A stretch of DNA of 64,000 bases. Source: an uncultured Acidobacteriota bacterium. Lineage in GTDB: Bacteria > Acidobacteriota > UBA6911 > RPQK01 > JAPXNP01. The stretch spans positions 384,001 to 448,000 of the forward strand of contig CAVZRV010000008.1 in assembly GCA_963777605.1 (NCBI GenBank). The letters run 5' to 3'. Below the pieces are notes generated by a model that was given only the letters and a program-made list of their open reading frames with translations, made no database searches and had not been told where the DNA came from. This document shows, piece after piece, positions 31,600-41,174 of this stretch. A program made the position numbers and the translations under genes. Numbering within the stretch: the stretch's first letter is position 1; every line of letters starts with the position of its first letter.

Positions 31600-32040
31600 T
31601 TATCTCTCCTGGATTTGCTGCGCCTGACGGTATGTCCCCAGCGCCTCCCGCAACCGTCCTTGCTGCTTGTAGACTTTGCCCTTGAGCATCAGCAGGGTGA
31701 AACGGTTGTCCGGTTGCGCAACCTTAGCGAGCGCTTCATCCAACAGCCGATGAGCCGAAGCATACTGCCCAGCTTCCGTGAGTGCGGTCACAATTGACCA
31801 GACTTCCTTCACGACGAGCTGTTCCTGCTCTCCGGAAAGGCCGAGTTCAAGGATTTTCTCGAACTCGGGGAGCACCCGATCGTACTGTCCCTCGTTGATG
31901 AGGATCGAGATGATCTCGTGTTGCGCAGCGGCAAAGCGAAGTTTTGCCTCAACGCCCGGGTTTACTACCGTGGTCGAGGCGGCAAGGAGACCGCAAAACA
32001 GCAGCAGCGTTACCAAAAGAGAGCAGAAAACCCTTTTCAT
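31600..32040 (-). CDS. Small secreted TPR protein
   Basis: Signal peptide; TPR-like AGQYASAHRLLDEAL, KGKVYKQQGRLREALGTY. Confidence 0.75.
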   Translation of the reverse strand: MKRVFCSLLVTLLLFCGLLAASTTVVNPGVEAKLRFAAAQHEIISILINEGQYDRVLPEFEKILELGLSGEQEQLVVKEVWSIVTALTEAGQYASAHRLLDEALAKVAQPDNRFTLLMLKGKVYKQQGRLREALGTYRQAQQIQER

Positions 32041-32555
32041 TGTGTTACTCCCCCAAGCTCGAAAGGATTCCCAGGCTCTTGTTGACTCAGACCGAAGAAT
32101 GGATTCTGCTCACCTGATTGACGCAGAAAGGGATTCCCGGACACTTCCATCGTGTAGGAATCCAACTGCATCAGACTGTCCGGATCGATCGACTGCGGAG
32201 AGCGAGTTTGGATTGCCACAACTCCCGTGACCAACAGCAGCAGACTCGCGCCGAGGGCATAACGGAGTTGGGGAATTCCGAACCAGGCCAACAGGCCGCT
32301 CCGGGAGGACTGGGAGGATCGAATCTCCTCCTGCTCCTGGATCCGGGCCTGAATCCGTTGCCACATGAAGGGCGGCGGATCCAGTTCGACCTGCCGGGCC
32401 GACTCGAAAACCTCACTCACCGGAGTCAGTTCAGCGTGAAGACGGGCGCAGTCTGGACAAGTCTCAATGTGGAGACGCATTTCCTCTACCTTCCCGGGCG
32501 GCAGTGCGCCGTCCAACCAGGCCGAGATGTCGCGTTTCCAACTGGAGCAGTTCAT
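32037..32555 (-). CDS. Anti-sigma factor, zf-HC2 with TM
   Basis: MNC...ISAWLDG...HIETCPDC; TM YALGASLLLLVTGVVAI. Confidence 0.9.
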   Translation of the reverse strand: MNCSSWKRDISAWLDGALPPGKVEEMRLHIETCPDCARLHAELTPVSEVFESARQVELDPPPFMWQRIQARIQEQEEIRSSQSSRSGLLAWFGIPQLRYALGASLLLLVTGVVAIQTRSPQSIDPDSLMQLDSYTMEVSGNPFLRQSGEQNPFFGLSQQEPGNPFELGGVTQ

Positions 32556-33151
32556 CGTTTTCTTCGAGATTTTGCCAAGTAGTCTGTAATTGCATCTTTC
32601 ACCACCAGGCGAGCCCGGTAGATGTCGGTTTTCACCGACAAGAGCGACCGGCCTACAACCTTGGTGATGTCGTCGTAACTCATCTTCTCGAATACCGCGA
32701 GTACGAATACGTCTCTGTATTTCGGTTTGAGAGACTGCAGACTGGAACGAACGACCTGGTGCAACTCATCGGAAAGAACCCGACGTTCCGGATCCAGTTC
32801 CTGATTGTCGTCAGCGAGAAAATCGTAGTAACCGATCTCCTCGTTGTCGATCGAAACTTCCGGTCGCTTTTTGGTTCGCCTGAGCCTCTGATAAACTTCA
32901 TTTCGCGCAATCCTGTAGAGCCAGAATTTGAACTGGCCCGGGTCCCTCAGGTTGGAAAGCTCTCCATAAACCTTAAGGAACGTCTCCTGTGTCAGATCTT
33001 CAGCCTCGTCCGGCGATCCGATAAGTCGCCAGATGAAGTTATAGATCGGCTTTACAAAGTAGGAATAAAGCTGATGGAAATCTTCCAGTGAGCCATTGCG
33101 GGCCCGTTCCACGATTTCAGCAAGTTCCTGAGCACTGAACTCTGACGACAT
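32552..33151 (-). CDS. ECF sigma-70 factor
   Basis: EAEDLTQETFLKVY, FKFWLYRIARN, SVKTDIYRAR. Confidence 0.95.
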   Translation of the reverse strand: MSSEFSAQELAEIVERARNGSLEDFHQLYSYFVKPIYNFIWRLIGSPDEAEDLTQETFLKVYGELSNLRDPGQFKFWLYRIARNEVYQRLRRTKKRPEVSIDNEEIGYYDFLADDNQELDPERRVLSDELHQVVRSSLQSLKPKYRDVFVLAVFEKMSYDDITKVVGRSLLSVKTDIYRARLVVKDAITDYLAKSRRKR

Positions 33152-33458
33152 CGGCAAACGAGGAGTTTACCCATCAGAACTGCCAACTGCCAAATCGCGG
33201 TCAGACTCTGCATCAGCCGTCCCTACCCAAAAGCGTCACTAAAAGATGGCGCAGGGAACTGAAAGTTGCAAAAGAAGTGGAGGAACCGTCAATCAATCCT
33301 CGTGAGCAGAGTGGAACCACCAGACCACCTGATGAATCTGCCGGCGCCAGCTCCCCGCACTCCCGACGGCAGGCAAGACTAAAGTTTGCCAACTGATTGG
33401 GCGATCAATTATAGTGGATCGGAGTGTCTTGGGAAGAGGTGCATCTTCCCGGTCCCAA

Positions 33459-35073
33459 ATGGTGCCTCTTATGAAGCAGCGTCGCTGGCGAAATATAGTT
33501 TTAATTGGGACTGGAAGGCTGATCCGTTACAGCGTGGCGGCAGTGTTGCTGCTTTCGCTCCCCACATTCAGCTACCTTGTTCCAAAATTCGATCGCCCGG
33601 ATGCACCGGTATCGGGCAATGTGGATGCCGGTGACAGTTCCTCTGCTCGCGTTGCGCTCTCGAGCGATTCCGGTGGAGCCTACTCCTCCCGTGCCTCTCT
33701 CTCAGGCATGCAGTTTCCCTCGGGCCGTGCCAGGTTTGTGTCGGCTCCGCGAGCCTCTTCGCTGAATCCAGATCGCTCGGGGAAGAGTGATGAGCGGCCC
33801 GGATGGGGTGGAAGACGGGGTCCCGGCGAGCGGACTGGAAAGGGACGCCGAGCAGTTCTGGAGGGGGCGGCCGCTGGGGCGGATCCGTCGCGTGAATCCG
33901 CTTCCGCAGCGAGTCGATCAAAAACCGGGATCATGGATGAACTGGCCCGGATGGAAAATGACTACCAGGCGGCCGGCAGTTCCCTCTTCCCGGGAGGAAT
34001 GAACTACCGGGACAGCGGGAGCAACCCGTTTGTTGAGGCGCTGGGCTACCAGTCCGGTCTCTCCGGCGGGAGCCAGGGCGGCAACACCGATTCCGGAAAT
34101 ACTCGGTGGAGATACCAGCGGGGGCGGGGACAGTTCCGGCGGAGGTTCCTCCGGTGGTGATGGCGGCGGTGATTCCGGCAATTCGGGCGGGGGTGGGAGC
34201 AATCCTCCTCCTCCACCAAACCCTCCCCCGGTCGGCCCGGGCGAGAATGACTTTGAGAACCGGTTTCTGGTCGTCGGCCAATTGGACGAGTCCAACCCCG
34301 CCGACATCACTTTCCAGGCGGTTCGGGATATTGGCGGGAATTTCACCCTCGACAATGGGCAGCAGTTGAGCCTTCTGTCCGGCGTGGTGGGATTCTCCCG
34401 CCCCTATCTGCTTCTGAATTCCCGCGAGCAGTTGACGAGCGGGGACTATGGGCGCGACCGAAGGATGGACTATTTTATCGTTCGCCCGACCGATCTTGGT
34501 TCGGCGGTGGAAGGATATCGTTTCCCTGGTGGGGACCTTCGCCAGTGGGCGGCGGGATTCTTCCTCTACGATCTGGTTCGCTCGGTCGCCCTGTTCGATT
34601 ACAATGGAGACGGTATTGACGAGTTGGCAGTTGCCTTCGTCAAGAATCCGCACCTGGTCATTTATCAGATTTCCAATGGCGGGTTTTCCTATCTTCGGGA
34701 GCTGACGCTGCCGTTCGCCCCGGCGGTAATGGCAACTACTCATGATTCAGGCCCCTCGGGAGCAGAATACCTGCAGGTCTTCGACGAGCCCCTGGAGCTT
34801 TCGGTCACGTTCAATAGCCGTTATCCGGGTACCTATACCTTTTCGCGCCCCCCGACGTTTCGCGACAAGCGACTGGTGAAGGTCGATTCAATTTCCGGGA
34901 ACGCGACTCGAACGTATCGACTGGTCTGGTACCAGGATCGCATATTGCTGCTCCAGCCGGACCTGGGCAGTGCCCAAGTGCTGGTCAACCTTGATCTTTC
35001 CGTCGGATTCCCAACGGTAATCGTCGGCGATTACGAGTCGAACAACAGACAGCAGGTTCTTGTGCTGCCTTAG
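33459..35073 (+). CDS. Membrane-anchored protein with Gly/Ser/Pro linker and FG-GAP/VCBS-like C-domain; frameshift near 34103
   Basis: N-terminal TM in ORF 33414; one-base indel in GGAAATACTCGGTGGA joins ORF 34030 (GGDSSGGG...PPPPPNPPP...FDYNGDGIDELAV). Confidence 0.65.
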
Positions 35074-35099
35074 TACCCTCATTTCAAGTCAAGAACGGG

Positions 35100-35255
35100 A
35101 CTCGCCGGGCAGGCTGCCCGGGCGACATACCAGGCAGGGCTGCCCGGATTACTCCCACCCAATCGCGCCGGTTCCTCCAGATGAACCAGGTTCTCCAATT
35201 CTTCCAATCCTTCCAGTTCTTCCAGCTCATCCCAATTGAAGTTTCGAGTCAGAGT
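35100..35255 (+). repeat. Partial copy of repeat module A plus 9-bp tandem (TTCTTCCAG-like) and tail motif
   Basis: CGGGCAGGCTGCCCGG...CCAGGCAGGGCTGCCCGGATTACTCCC matches 15358-15410; CATCCCAATTGAAGTTTCGAGTCAG matches 15441-15466. Confidence 0.75.
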
Positions 35256-35434
35256 TGAGACTTTTTGCCCCTTCAGGCATCTTCTTGCGCCGGACACGGA
35301 GCGTCCAGACGAGTCCCATGGGCGATCCGATCCTGGAAGCCGGGGCCGTGCAAGTCCTTACGGGACCTGCACAGGACCGTGGCCGGGTGGTTCAATAACG
35401 GCTGGTGGACTCTCAAACGGGAGGCCTTCATATC

Positions 35435-36049
35435 GTGAAAATTAGATGGGTGGCAATTTGCTTCAGTATTTTTTGGGGCACTTCGTTTGTAACCTTGGGT
35501 TTGGCCGGGGAACAAGGGACTGCTGCGCCGGTCTTCGTACAGGAAGCAGGGTCGTCGGCCTACCGGGCGGTGTTCGCACAGTACCTGGCGGTGATCCCTA
35601 ACGAGGCCGATCCGACGCTTCAGGTCGACTGTGCCATCTCAGTGAGCAACGTCTGTAAAGCGCCTTTGCCCCTTTCACTGTTTATTGGAGACAGTGCCGA
35701 AAACGCCCCCACGAGCGGGCGTATCTCTCTGTATTTGTACAACATGGATGGAACGGAGATCGTCTACCAAACCGGTCCTGATTCTCCGGGGGACGGATTG
35801 AATCCGGACGGGAGCCTCGGGTCCGGGCAAACCTGGACGGTGCGTCTCGCGGAGATCCTGGCGGCTGCCGAAGGCAAGGCCGAAGCGGACATCCGGTTTC
35901 GGGGATATGGCTGGGTTCTTTCCGATTTCGACTGCCTGGCGGGAACCTACAGCAACACTGTTTTCGGGGTCGGTTTTACCCAGTCATATGAAATGCTTCC
36001 CGCGATGGGGCAGGGTGGCAATTTCGGCGGAGTCATTATTCCGAAGTGA
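35435..36049 (+). CDS. Uncharacterised secreted ~205-aa protein (paralog of 30759..31343)
   Basis: GGAGG SD, GTG start, signal peptide; shares VFxQExG, AISVSN, GLxxDGxLxxGxTWT, FxGY and GTYxNT. Confidence 0.85.
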   Translation: MKIRWVAICFSIFWGTSFVTLGLAGEQGTAAPVFVQEAGSSAYRAVFAQYLAVIPNEADPTLQVDCAISVSNVCKAPLPLSLFIGDSAENAPTSGRISLYLYNMDGTEIVYQTGPDSPGDGLNPDGSLGSGQTWTVRLAEILAAAEGKAEADIRFRGYGWVLSDFDCLAGTYSNTVFGVGFTQSYEMLPAMGQGGNFGGVIIPK

Positions 36050-36932
36050 CGCTGAATCCCGCCGTCGGCTCGAGGAGACCCTTGCGGAATCCAGCCGACC
36101 AGGCCGTGCACGCAGCCAGGATCAACGGTGATAACAGCAATGATCGAGCGCCGGCTGCGGGGCTGGATCGGGTGACGCGGGCGACGATCGCAGGCGTGCG
36201 ATAGAAGGGGAGCAGCCAGGACGCCAGAGGAAGCCTGGCCAGTCCCGAGCCGGTCATCGACGCCGTTTGCCGGACGTAGCCGGCCCAGAATCCCAGGCCG
36301 GAGAGATGTTCCAGGATCTCCTTCCAGCGAGTTCGGTGATAGTGAGCAATGCCAGCCCTGGACTCGAAATATATTCCCTCCCGGATGCGGTGAAAGAATA
36401 GCCGGTCTTCCGATGCGGGGAGGTTCTCCGGAAAACCTCCTGACGATTCGAAGAACTTCCGGGTGACAAGCAGGTTGGAACTGGACAAAAAGGGACGCGA
36501 TCCCCCGCGGTGTCCCGGCAGGAACTCCGAAAATTCGACCCAGTGGAGCACCCTGGAAGCGGCGGTGGTCGGGTTGGCGTTGTCGATGAATCCGCCGACC
36601 ACGCCGGCGTCTCCGATCCGGGTCAGCCGGGCGCTCATCCGGAGCAGCCAGTCCGGATGGGCAGCCGCGTCCGCGTCGATAAAGGCCAACCGGTCTCCTC
36701 GAGCCAGTTCAGCTCCGAGGTTGCGTGCCGCTCCCGGGTAAAGCCGGACCGCCGAGTGGTGGACCCGAACGGTTGGGAAGTGAACCTTGATCCAGTCGGT
36801 GACCGGATTCTCGGACGAATCGACCACAATCACTTCGAAATCGGGGGCCGGCCGCTGGGAGAAGATCGACTTGAGCGTGAACCCGAGAGTCCGCCGACTC
36901 CGGTAGCAGGGCACGATGAAGGAAACGGTCAT
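36036..36932 (-). CDS. Glycosyltransferase family 2
   Basis: SFIVPCY, VIVVDSS, GAARNLG, FIDADA. Confidence 0.92.
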   Translation of the reverse strand: MTVSFIVPCYRSRRTLGFTLKSIFSQRPAPDFEVIVVDSSENPVTDWIKVHFPTVRVHHSAVRLYPGAARNLGAELARGDRLAFIDADAAAHPDWLLRMSARLTRIGDAGVVGGFIDNANPTTAASRVLHWVEFSEFLPGHRGGSRPFLSSSNLLVTRKFFESSGGFPENLPASEDRLFFHRIREGIYFESRAGIAHYHRTRWKEILEHLSGLGFWAGYVRQTASMTGSGLARLPLASWLLPFYRTPAIVARVTRSSPAAGARSLLLSPLILAACTAWSAGFRKGLLEPTAGFSVTSE

Positions 36933-37001
36933 TGATCTATCCCCTGCTTTGGACCCATCTCCACAAGAGTAATCCCGCAGTGCGGTGATGCGCAAAGGTG
37001 C

Positions 37002-37898
37002 TCATTCGGGCGGTTTTCTGCCACCTTCCCGAAAGCCATCCCTAACCCCGCGGGCGATGCTGAGAAGCCTCGTCCGCCTCAAGGTGACGAGGTTGAAGAC
37101 AAGGCTGGCGAGCAGGGTCGCTGCCCAGGTCATCCACCGGAGCGCACCCGATTGATGCTTACACAGGAACAGCACGGTGTTCTTGCGAATCCAGTAGGTC
37201 TTGAGCCCGCGGCGACCGCGGGTCGAGTGGCCCCCGACGTGAACGGCGCGGGCGGCGGGACAGAAGTAGGCGGGCAGGCCTGCCTGTTCCAACCGGTACA
37301 AAAGGTCGATCTCCTCGTGGTACATGAAAAAGCGCCGGTCGAACCCCCCGATCCTGCGAATGACATCCCGGTGAATCAGCAGAACGGAACCCAGCAGGAG
37401 TTGCACCCTCCGCACGCCTTCCCCGGCCACTTTCTCCGGCTGGTTCTCTCCGTGAAAACGGCAAAGCACGTGAGTGAACGTGATCTCGCCCCAGGCTGCC
37501 TCCAGCCGGTCGGGCAGGTCGGCGCGAATAATCTTCGGCCCGTACACTCCCGGCCCGTGGGCCAGGGCCGCGTCCACGAGCCTGCCGATGGCGTTCTTCT
37601 CAAGGGTCACGTCGTTGTTGAGGACCAGGAAGAAGAGGGGGCCCTCTGCGGGCGCGGCGTTGTAGTCGGCGATCGCCCGGTTGATGGCTTCACCGTAGCC
37701 CAGGTTTTCGCTGTTGAGCAACGTTCTGACTCCCCGTTGCCGGGCGATTTCGACGGACCCGTCTTCGGACGCATTGTCAGCTACCACGACTTCCAGGTCC
37801 GGGTAGTTGGTCTTCATGAGGGCATCGAGAGTCTCTGCCAGAACCTCGGCGCCGTTCCAGTTGACGCAGACCGCTAGCACTTTTGGAGCATTCGGCAT
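37002..37898 (-). CDS. Glycosyltransferase family 2 (WbbL/rhamnosyltransferase-like)
   Basis: VNWNG, DNASEDGS, NLGYGEAIN, LNNDV, FFMYHEEID. Confidence 0.92.
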   Translation of the reverse strand: MPNAPKVLAVCVNWNGAEVLAETLDALMKTNYPDLEVVVADNASEDGSVEIARQRGVRTLLNSENLGYGEAINRAIADYNAAPAEGPLFFLVLNNDVTLEKNAIGRLVDAALAHGPGVYGPKIIRADLPDRLEAAWGEITFTHVLCRFHGENQPEKVAGEGVRRVQLLLGSVLLIHRDVIRRIGGFDRRFFMYHEEIDLLYRLEQAGLPAYFCPAARAVHVGGHSTRGRRGLKTYWIRKNTVLFLCKHQSGALRWMTWAATLLASLVFNLVTLRRTRLLSIARGVRDGFREGGRKPPE

Positions 37899-38839
37899 AG
37901 GTCACCGGTTCTCAGGGTTTTTGTTCTGCTCAACTTCCTGCGCTTCTGCAGGGCTTTTCCACTGAGAGCCAGGCCGGCGGCGAGTCCGCGCACGAAATCG
38001 ACCGTGAATCCCGCCTTGAGCAGATGAAACAGAAAACTCTTGGCCCACCCGAAAGCGTAAAGTGGGAGGTAGCGAATGGGCCCGTAGGTCAGCATGAGTT
38101 GCCAGCGATTCCGGGTGATCCAGAAGACCCGGTCGGGTGAATAGAATGCCGAATCACCCAACGGATCACGGACCCGGTCTGGATCGGAAGCGGCCTCGAT
38201 GTGGTACACGACCGCCTCGGGCAGGTAGAGACAGCGAAAACCGTGAAGCTGGGCGCGGAGGCTGAGTTCGACGTCTTCCAGGTAGAGGTGGTAGCCCTCG
38301 TCGAAAAGGCCGGCCACGTCGAATAGTTCCCGCCGGTAGAAGGCTGCCCCGGCGCTGGCCCCAAGCACTTCTTCCCGCTGACGAAACGTGTCGGTTCCTT
38401 CGCCAAATCCCCGCTTGTAGGGAAGCCCGAACCGGCTGTAACAGTCTCCTGTGCTGTCGAGCCGGTCCCGCCGGTCATAGTTGACCATCCGCGATGCGAA
38501 GAATCCGTACGCGGGAAGGCTCGTCAGGGCCGCAAGTCCGGACGCGATCCATGCGGGATCGGCTTCCGTGTCGTTGTTGAGCAGTGCGAGGAAAGGAGAA
38601 TCGGTTTCCCTGATGCCCTGGTTGACGGCTCTGGCAAATCCCAGGTTGGTGGAGTTGCGGATCAGCCGGACCTGCGGGTAGCAGGCCTCAATCGTCTCGG
38701 CCGTGCCGTCGGTGGATCCATTGTCGATCACGACCAGGTTGGACTCAACCGTCTGGGCTGCCAGCGAGTCGAGGCAGCGAAGAAGCAACTCGCAGCGGTT
38801 CCAGGTTGGAATGATGACCGATATGGCAGCCTCAGGCAT
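37874..38839 (-). CDS. Glycosyltransferase family 2
   Basis: IIPTWN, DNGSTDGT, NLGFARAVNQG, LLNNDT, YLEDVELS. Confidence 0.92.
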   Translation of the reverse strand: MPEAAISVIIPTWNRCELLLRCLDSLAAQTVESNLVVIDNGSTDGTAETIEACYPQVRLIRNSTNLGFARAVNQGIRETDSPFLALLNNDTEADPAWIASGLAALTSLPAYGFFASRMVNYDRRDRLDSTGDCYSRFGLPYKRGFGEGTDTFRQREEVLGASAGAAFYRRELFDVAGLFDEGYHLYLEDVELSLRAQLHGFRCLYLPEAVVYHIEAASDPDRVRDPLGDSAFYSPDRVFWITRNRWQLMLTYGPIRYLPLYAFGWAKSFLFHLLKAGFTVDFVRGLAAGLALSGKALQKRRKLSRTKTLRTGDLCRMLQKC

Positions 38840-38902
38840 CCATCTTCCTCGGTTGAACGATTCGACCTGACGGGCAAGGCACAATCCTCTGGACGACGGG
38901 TT

Positions 38903-39859
38903 TCACAGTCGGCCTCCACTGCGGCCGCCTGTCGGAGTCTTCCTGCCGCCCTCTTCGCGCCCGCGCCCCAGTCCCCGAAGATAGTAGTAGGTCATGAGGT
39001 CAGGGTAGAACCTCGACAGGTTTGGCCAGCCGGAAGACTCGAAGAGCCTGCAGAGGCACGTCAGGGCCGACATGCGGAAGCGGTCGGCGATCCTGTACTC
39101 TGGAATCCGGTCTATGTTCAGGAACTCGGCCATCTCGGGGTGCTTCATGAAGAAGTTCCAGGCCGATCGACCAACCTTCTCCTGGCGTTGGGCAAAGGAT
39201 CGCAGGTCGGTCGGGTGGTGGTGGAACGCCTTGGCCTCCGGGGCGTAAACCAGCCGCATGTCCCGGTCCCCCAGTCGCAGACTGAGTTCCATGTCTTCCC
39301 AACCGTATTCCTGGAAATCCTCGTCGAATCCTCCCGACTCGAGAAAGAAGCGCCGCGACATCGATATGTTGCTGGTATAGAAAAAGTTGAATGGGATGTC
39401 GTCAGGATCGCTGATGAGCGAAAAGCCGAACTGCCATCCCTGTTCTCCGATGTAGTCCAGAAACCGGGTTCTCCGGATTGAGTCCGGCCACGTGGTGTAC
39501 CCGATGACGACGACCCGGGGACCGGCTCCGTGACGGGAGTGGCACTCTGCGTGTTCTTTGAGGAAACCGGGCGTCGGTACGATGTCGTCACCAAGAAAGA
39601 GAATCTGCTCTCCTCCAGCACTCCTGGTTCCCAGGTTGCGGGCCGCTCCCTGCTTACGATTGGGTTGGAAGAGGTAGTGGAGGGGAACCGGAAAGCCGTC
39701 CTGGAGACCGGCAACGAGAGCCGGTGTCTCGTCCTTCGACCCGTCGTCCACGACGATCACTTCAAACGGCGGAGCCTCCTCCTGTCGGGAAAGAGACCGC
39801 AGGGTCAGGGCGAGGATCTCCGCGCGGTTAAAGGTTGGGATGACGACACTAAAATGCAC
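38903..39859 (-). CDS. Glycosyltransferase family 2
   Basis: SVVIPTFNR, VVDDGSKD, AARNLG, FLGDD, YGWEDMEL. Confidence 0.92.
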   Translation of the reverse strand: MHFSVVIPTFNRAEILALTLRSLSRQEEAPPFEVIVVDDGSKDETPALVAGLQDGFPVPLHYLFQPNRKQGAARNLGTRSAGGEQILFLGDDIVPTPGFLKEHAECHSRHGAGPRVVVIGYTTWPDSIRRTRFLDYIGEQGWQFGFSLISDPDDIPFNFFYTSNISMSRRFFLESGGFDEDFQEYGWEDMELSLRLGDRDMRLVYAPEAKAFHHHPTDLRSFAQRQEKVGRSAWNFFMKHPEMAEFLNIDRIPEYRIADRFRMSALTCLCRLFESSGWPNLSRFYPDLMTYYYLRGLGRGREEGGRKTPTGGRSGGRL

Positions 39860-41174
39860 GCCGAACTGCCTCCCGGGCCTTCTTGATTGCCCTCGCGGGA
39901 CCTTCTGTTTTCCAAATGTTGAAAAACGTTCGAATTCGACCGCTGCGAGGGACATCGGGGGGATGTTTGATGGCCTGGACGCCGGTCCACTGAAGCTGCT
40001 TGAGCTCATCCCTGACTCTGCGGAGCCGGTCCGGTTCGCGGTCGATGAGGTCGTCGGCGATGGCGCGATAGGCTTTCACGTCGAACAGGAGGTCGAGCCC
40101 GAGGCTCTCCAGGAGATCCGATTCGTCCCGGATGTAATCCGGGTCCTCGACGATCGCTCGAAGCGGATCGCCAAACAGTTTGAGGATCTCCCGGTCGGTG
40201 CGCTGCCTGAGCTGCTGGACCGATTTGCGCCGAGCCATCAGCGCGGGGAGGTGGCGGAGAACGTCATCGACAGCGACCAGGTGGTTGAACGCATCGTCCA
40301 AATCATACTCGAGCAGTGGATCTCCGGCCGCGGAACGCTGTTTCGTCGTGGACCAGAGATAATAGGACTCCCTTTCGACCCCGGAGAGGCGAAGGGTCCG
40401 CCTTATCGCCATTACGATTGCGGCGGGCAGGATCCGTCGCAGGTTCTCGTCCTCGTAATTCTTGATGATGGTCATCAACGCATTGCGATGCATCAGGTAG
40501 CGCATCTTCGAGGTGTGGTGGGCCCGAAACGTACCGTGGCCGCGATGATAGCAGACCGACTCCTTGCAGAACCGAACCTGGTGACCGGAGAGCCAAATTC
40601 TCCATCCCAGATCGACATCTTCGTAGATCGCGAAGAAGTCAGGATCGAAGCCGCCCAGGTCGAGGAAGACCCGTCGATCGATCAGCATCGATCCGCCACA
40701 GGGGAACAGGGTTGCATCCTCGGAGCGGACGGAGTCGACGATTGATCCGATGTCCTTTTGCGCGGCGTAGCCGAGGTATTGCAGAGACGACCCGTTGAAG
40801 TCAATCCGGCGGCCGTCCCAGTCGAGGATCCGCGAGGCGACGCATTCAGCTGACTCGAGGGCCAGCAGTCCCTGCGAAAGCCACTCGGGGTGACAGCGCA
40901 TGTCGTTGTTGATAAAGGCGAGAAACCGTCCTCGCGCAGCTTCGGCGGCAACGTTGTTCGGTTCGGCGAAGCCGCGGTTGACCTCGTTCTGAATTACCCG
41001 GACCTGGGGGAAGTTCAGACGTACCCATTCGATGGAGTCGTCTTCGCTTCCGTTGTCGACCAGGATGATTTCGCCTGGGCCGGTCGCAACTACCGAAGGA
41101 AGCAGGTGTTCCAGGTGGTGCCTTCCGTTCCAGTTGATCGTGATGACAGAAATGTCAGAGACGGATGGGGACAT
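39849..41174 (-). CDS. Glycosyltransferase family 2 with C-terminal extension
   Basis: INWNG, DNGSEDDS, NRGFAEPNN, FINNDM, FFAIYEDVDLGWR. Confidence 0.92.
   Translation of the reverse strand: MSPSVSDISVITINWNGRHHLEHLLPSVVATGPGEIILVDNGSEDDSIEWVRLNFPQVRVIQNEVNRGFAEPNNVAAEAARGRFLAFINNDMRCHPEWLSQGLLALESAECVASRILDWDGRRIDFNGSSLQYLGYAAQKDIGSIVDSVRSEDATLFPCGGSMLIDRRVFLDLGGFDPDFFAIYEDVDLGWRIWLSGHQVRFCKESVCYHRGHGTFRAHHTSKMRYLMHRNALMTIIKNYEDENLRRILPAAIVMAIRRTLRLSGVERESYYLWSTTKQRSAAGDPLLEYDLDDAFNHLVAVDDVLRHLPALMARRKSVQQLRQRTDREILKLFGDPLRAIVEDPDYIRDESDLLESLGLDLLFDVKAYRAIADDLIDREPDRLRRVRDELKQLQWTGVQAIKHPPDVPRSGRIRTFFNIWKTEGPARAIKKAREAVRRAF

Noticed and set aside
35079-35297. Small ORF with ELEELEGLEELE repeats
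   Set aside because: It is the translation of the 9-bp tandem repeat inside the intergenic repeat fragment
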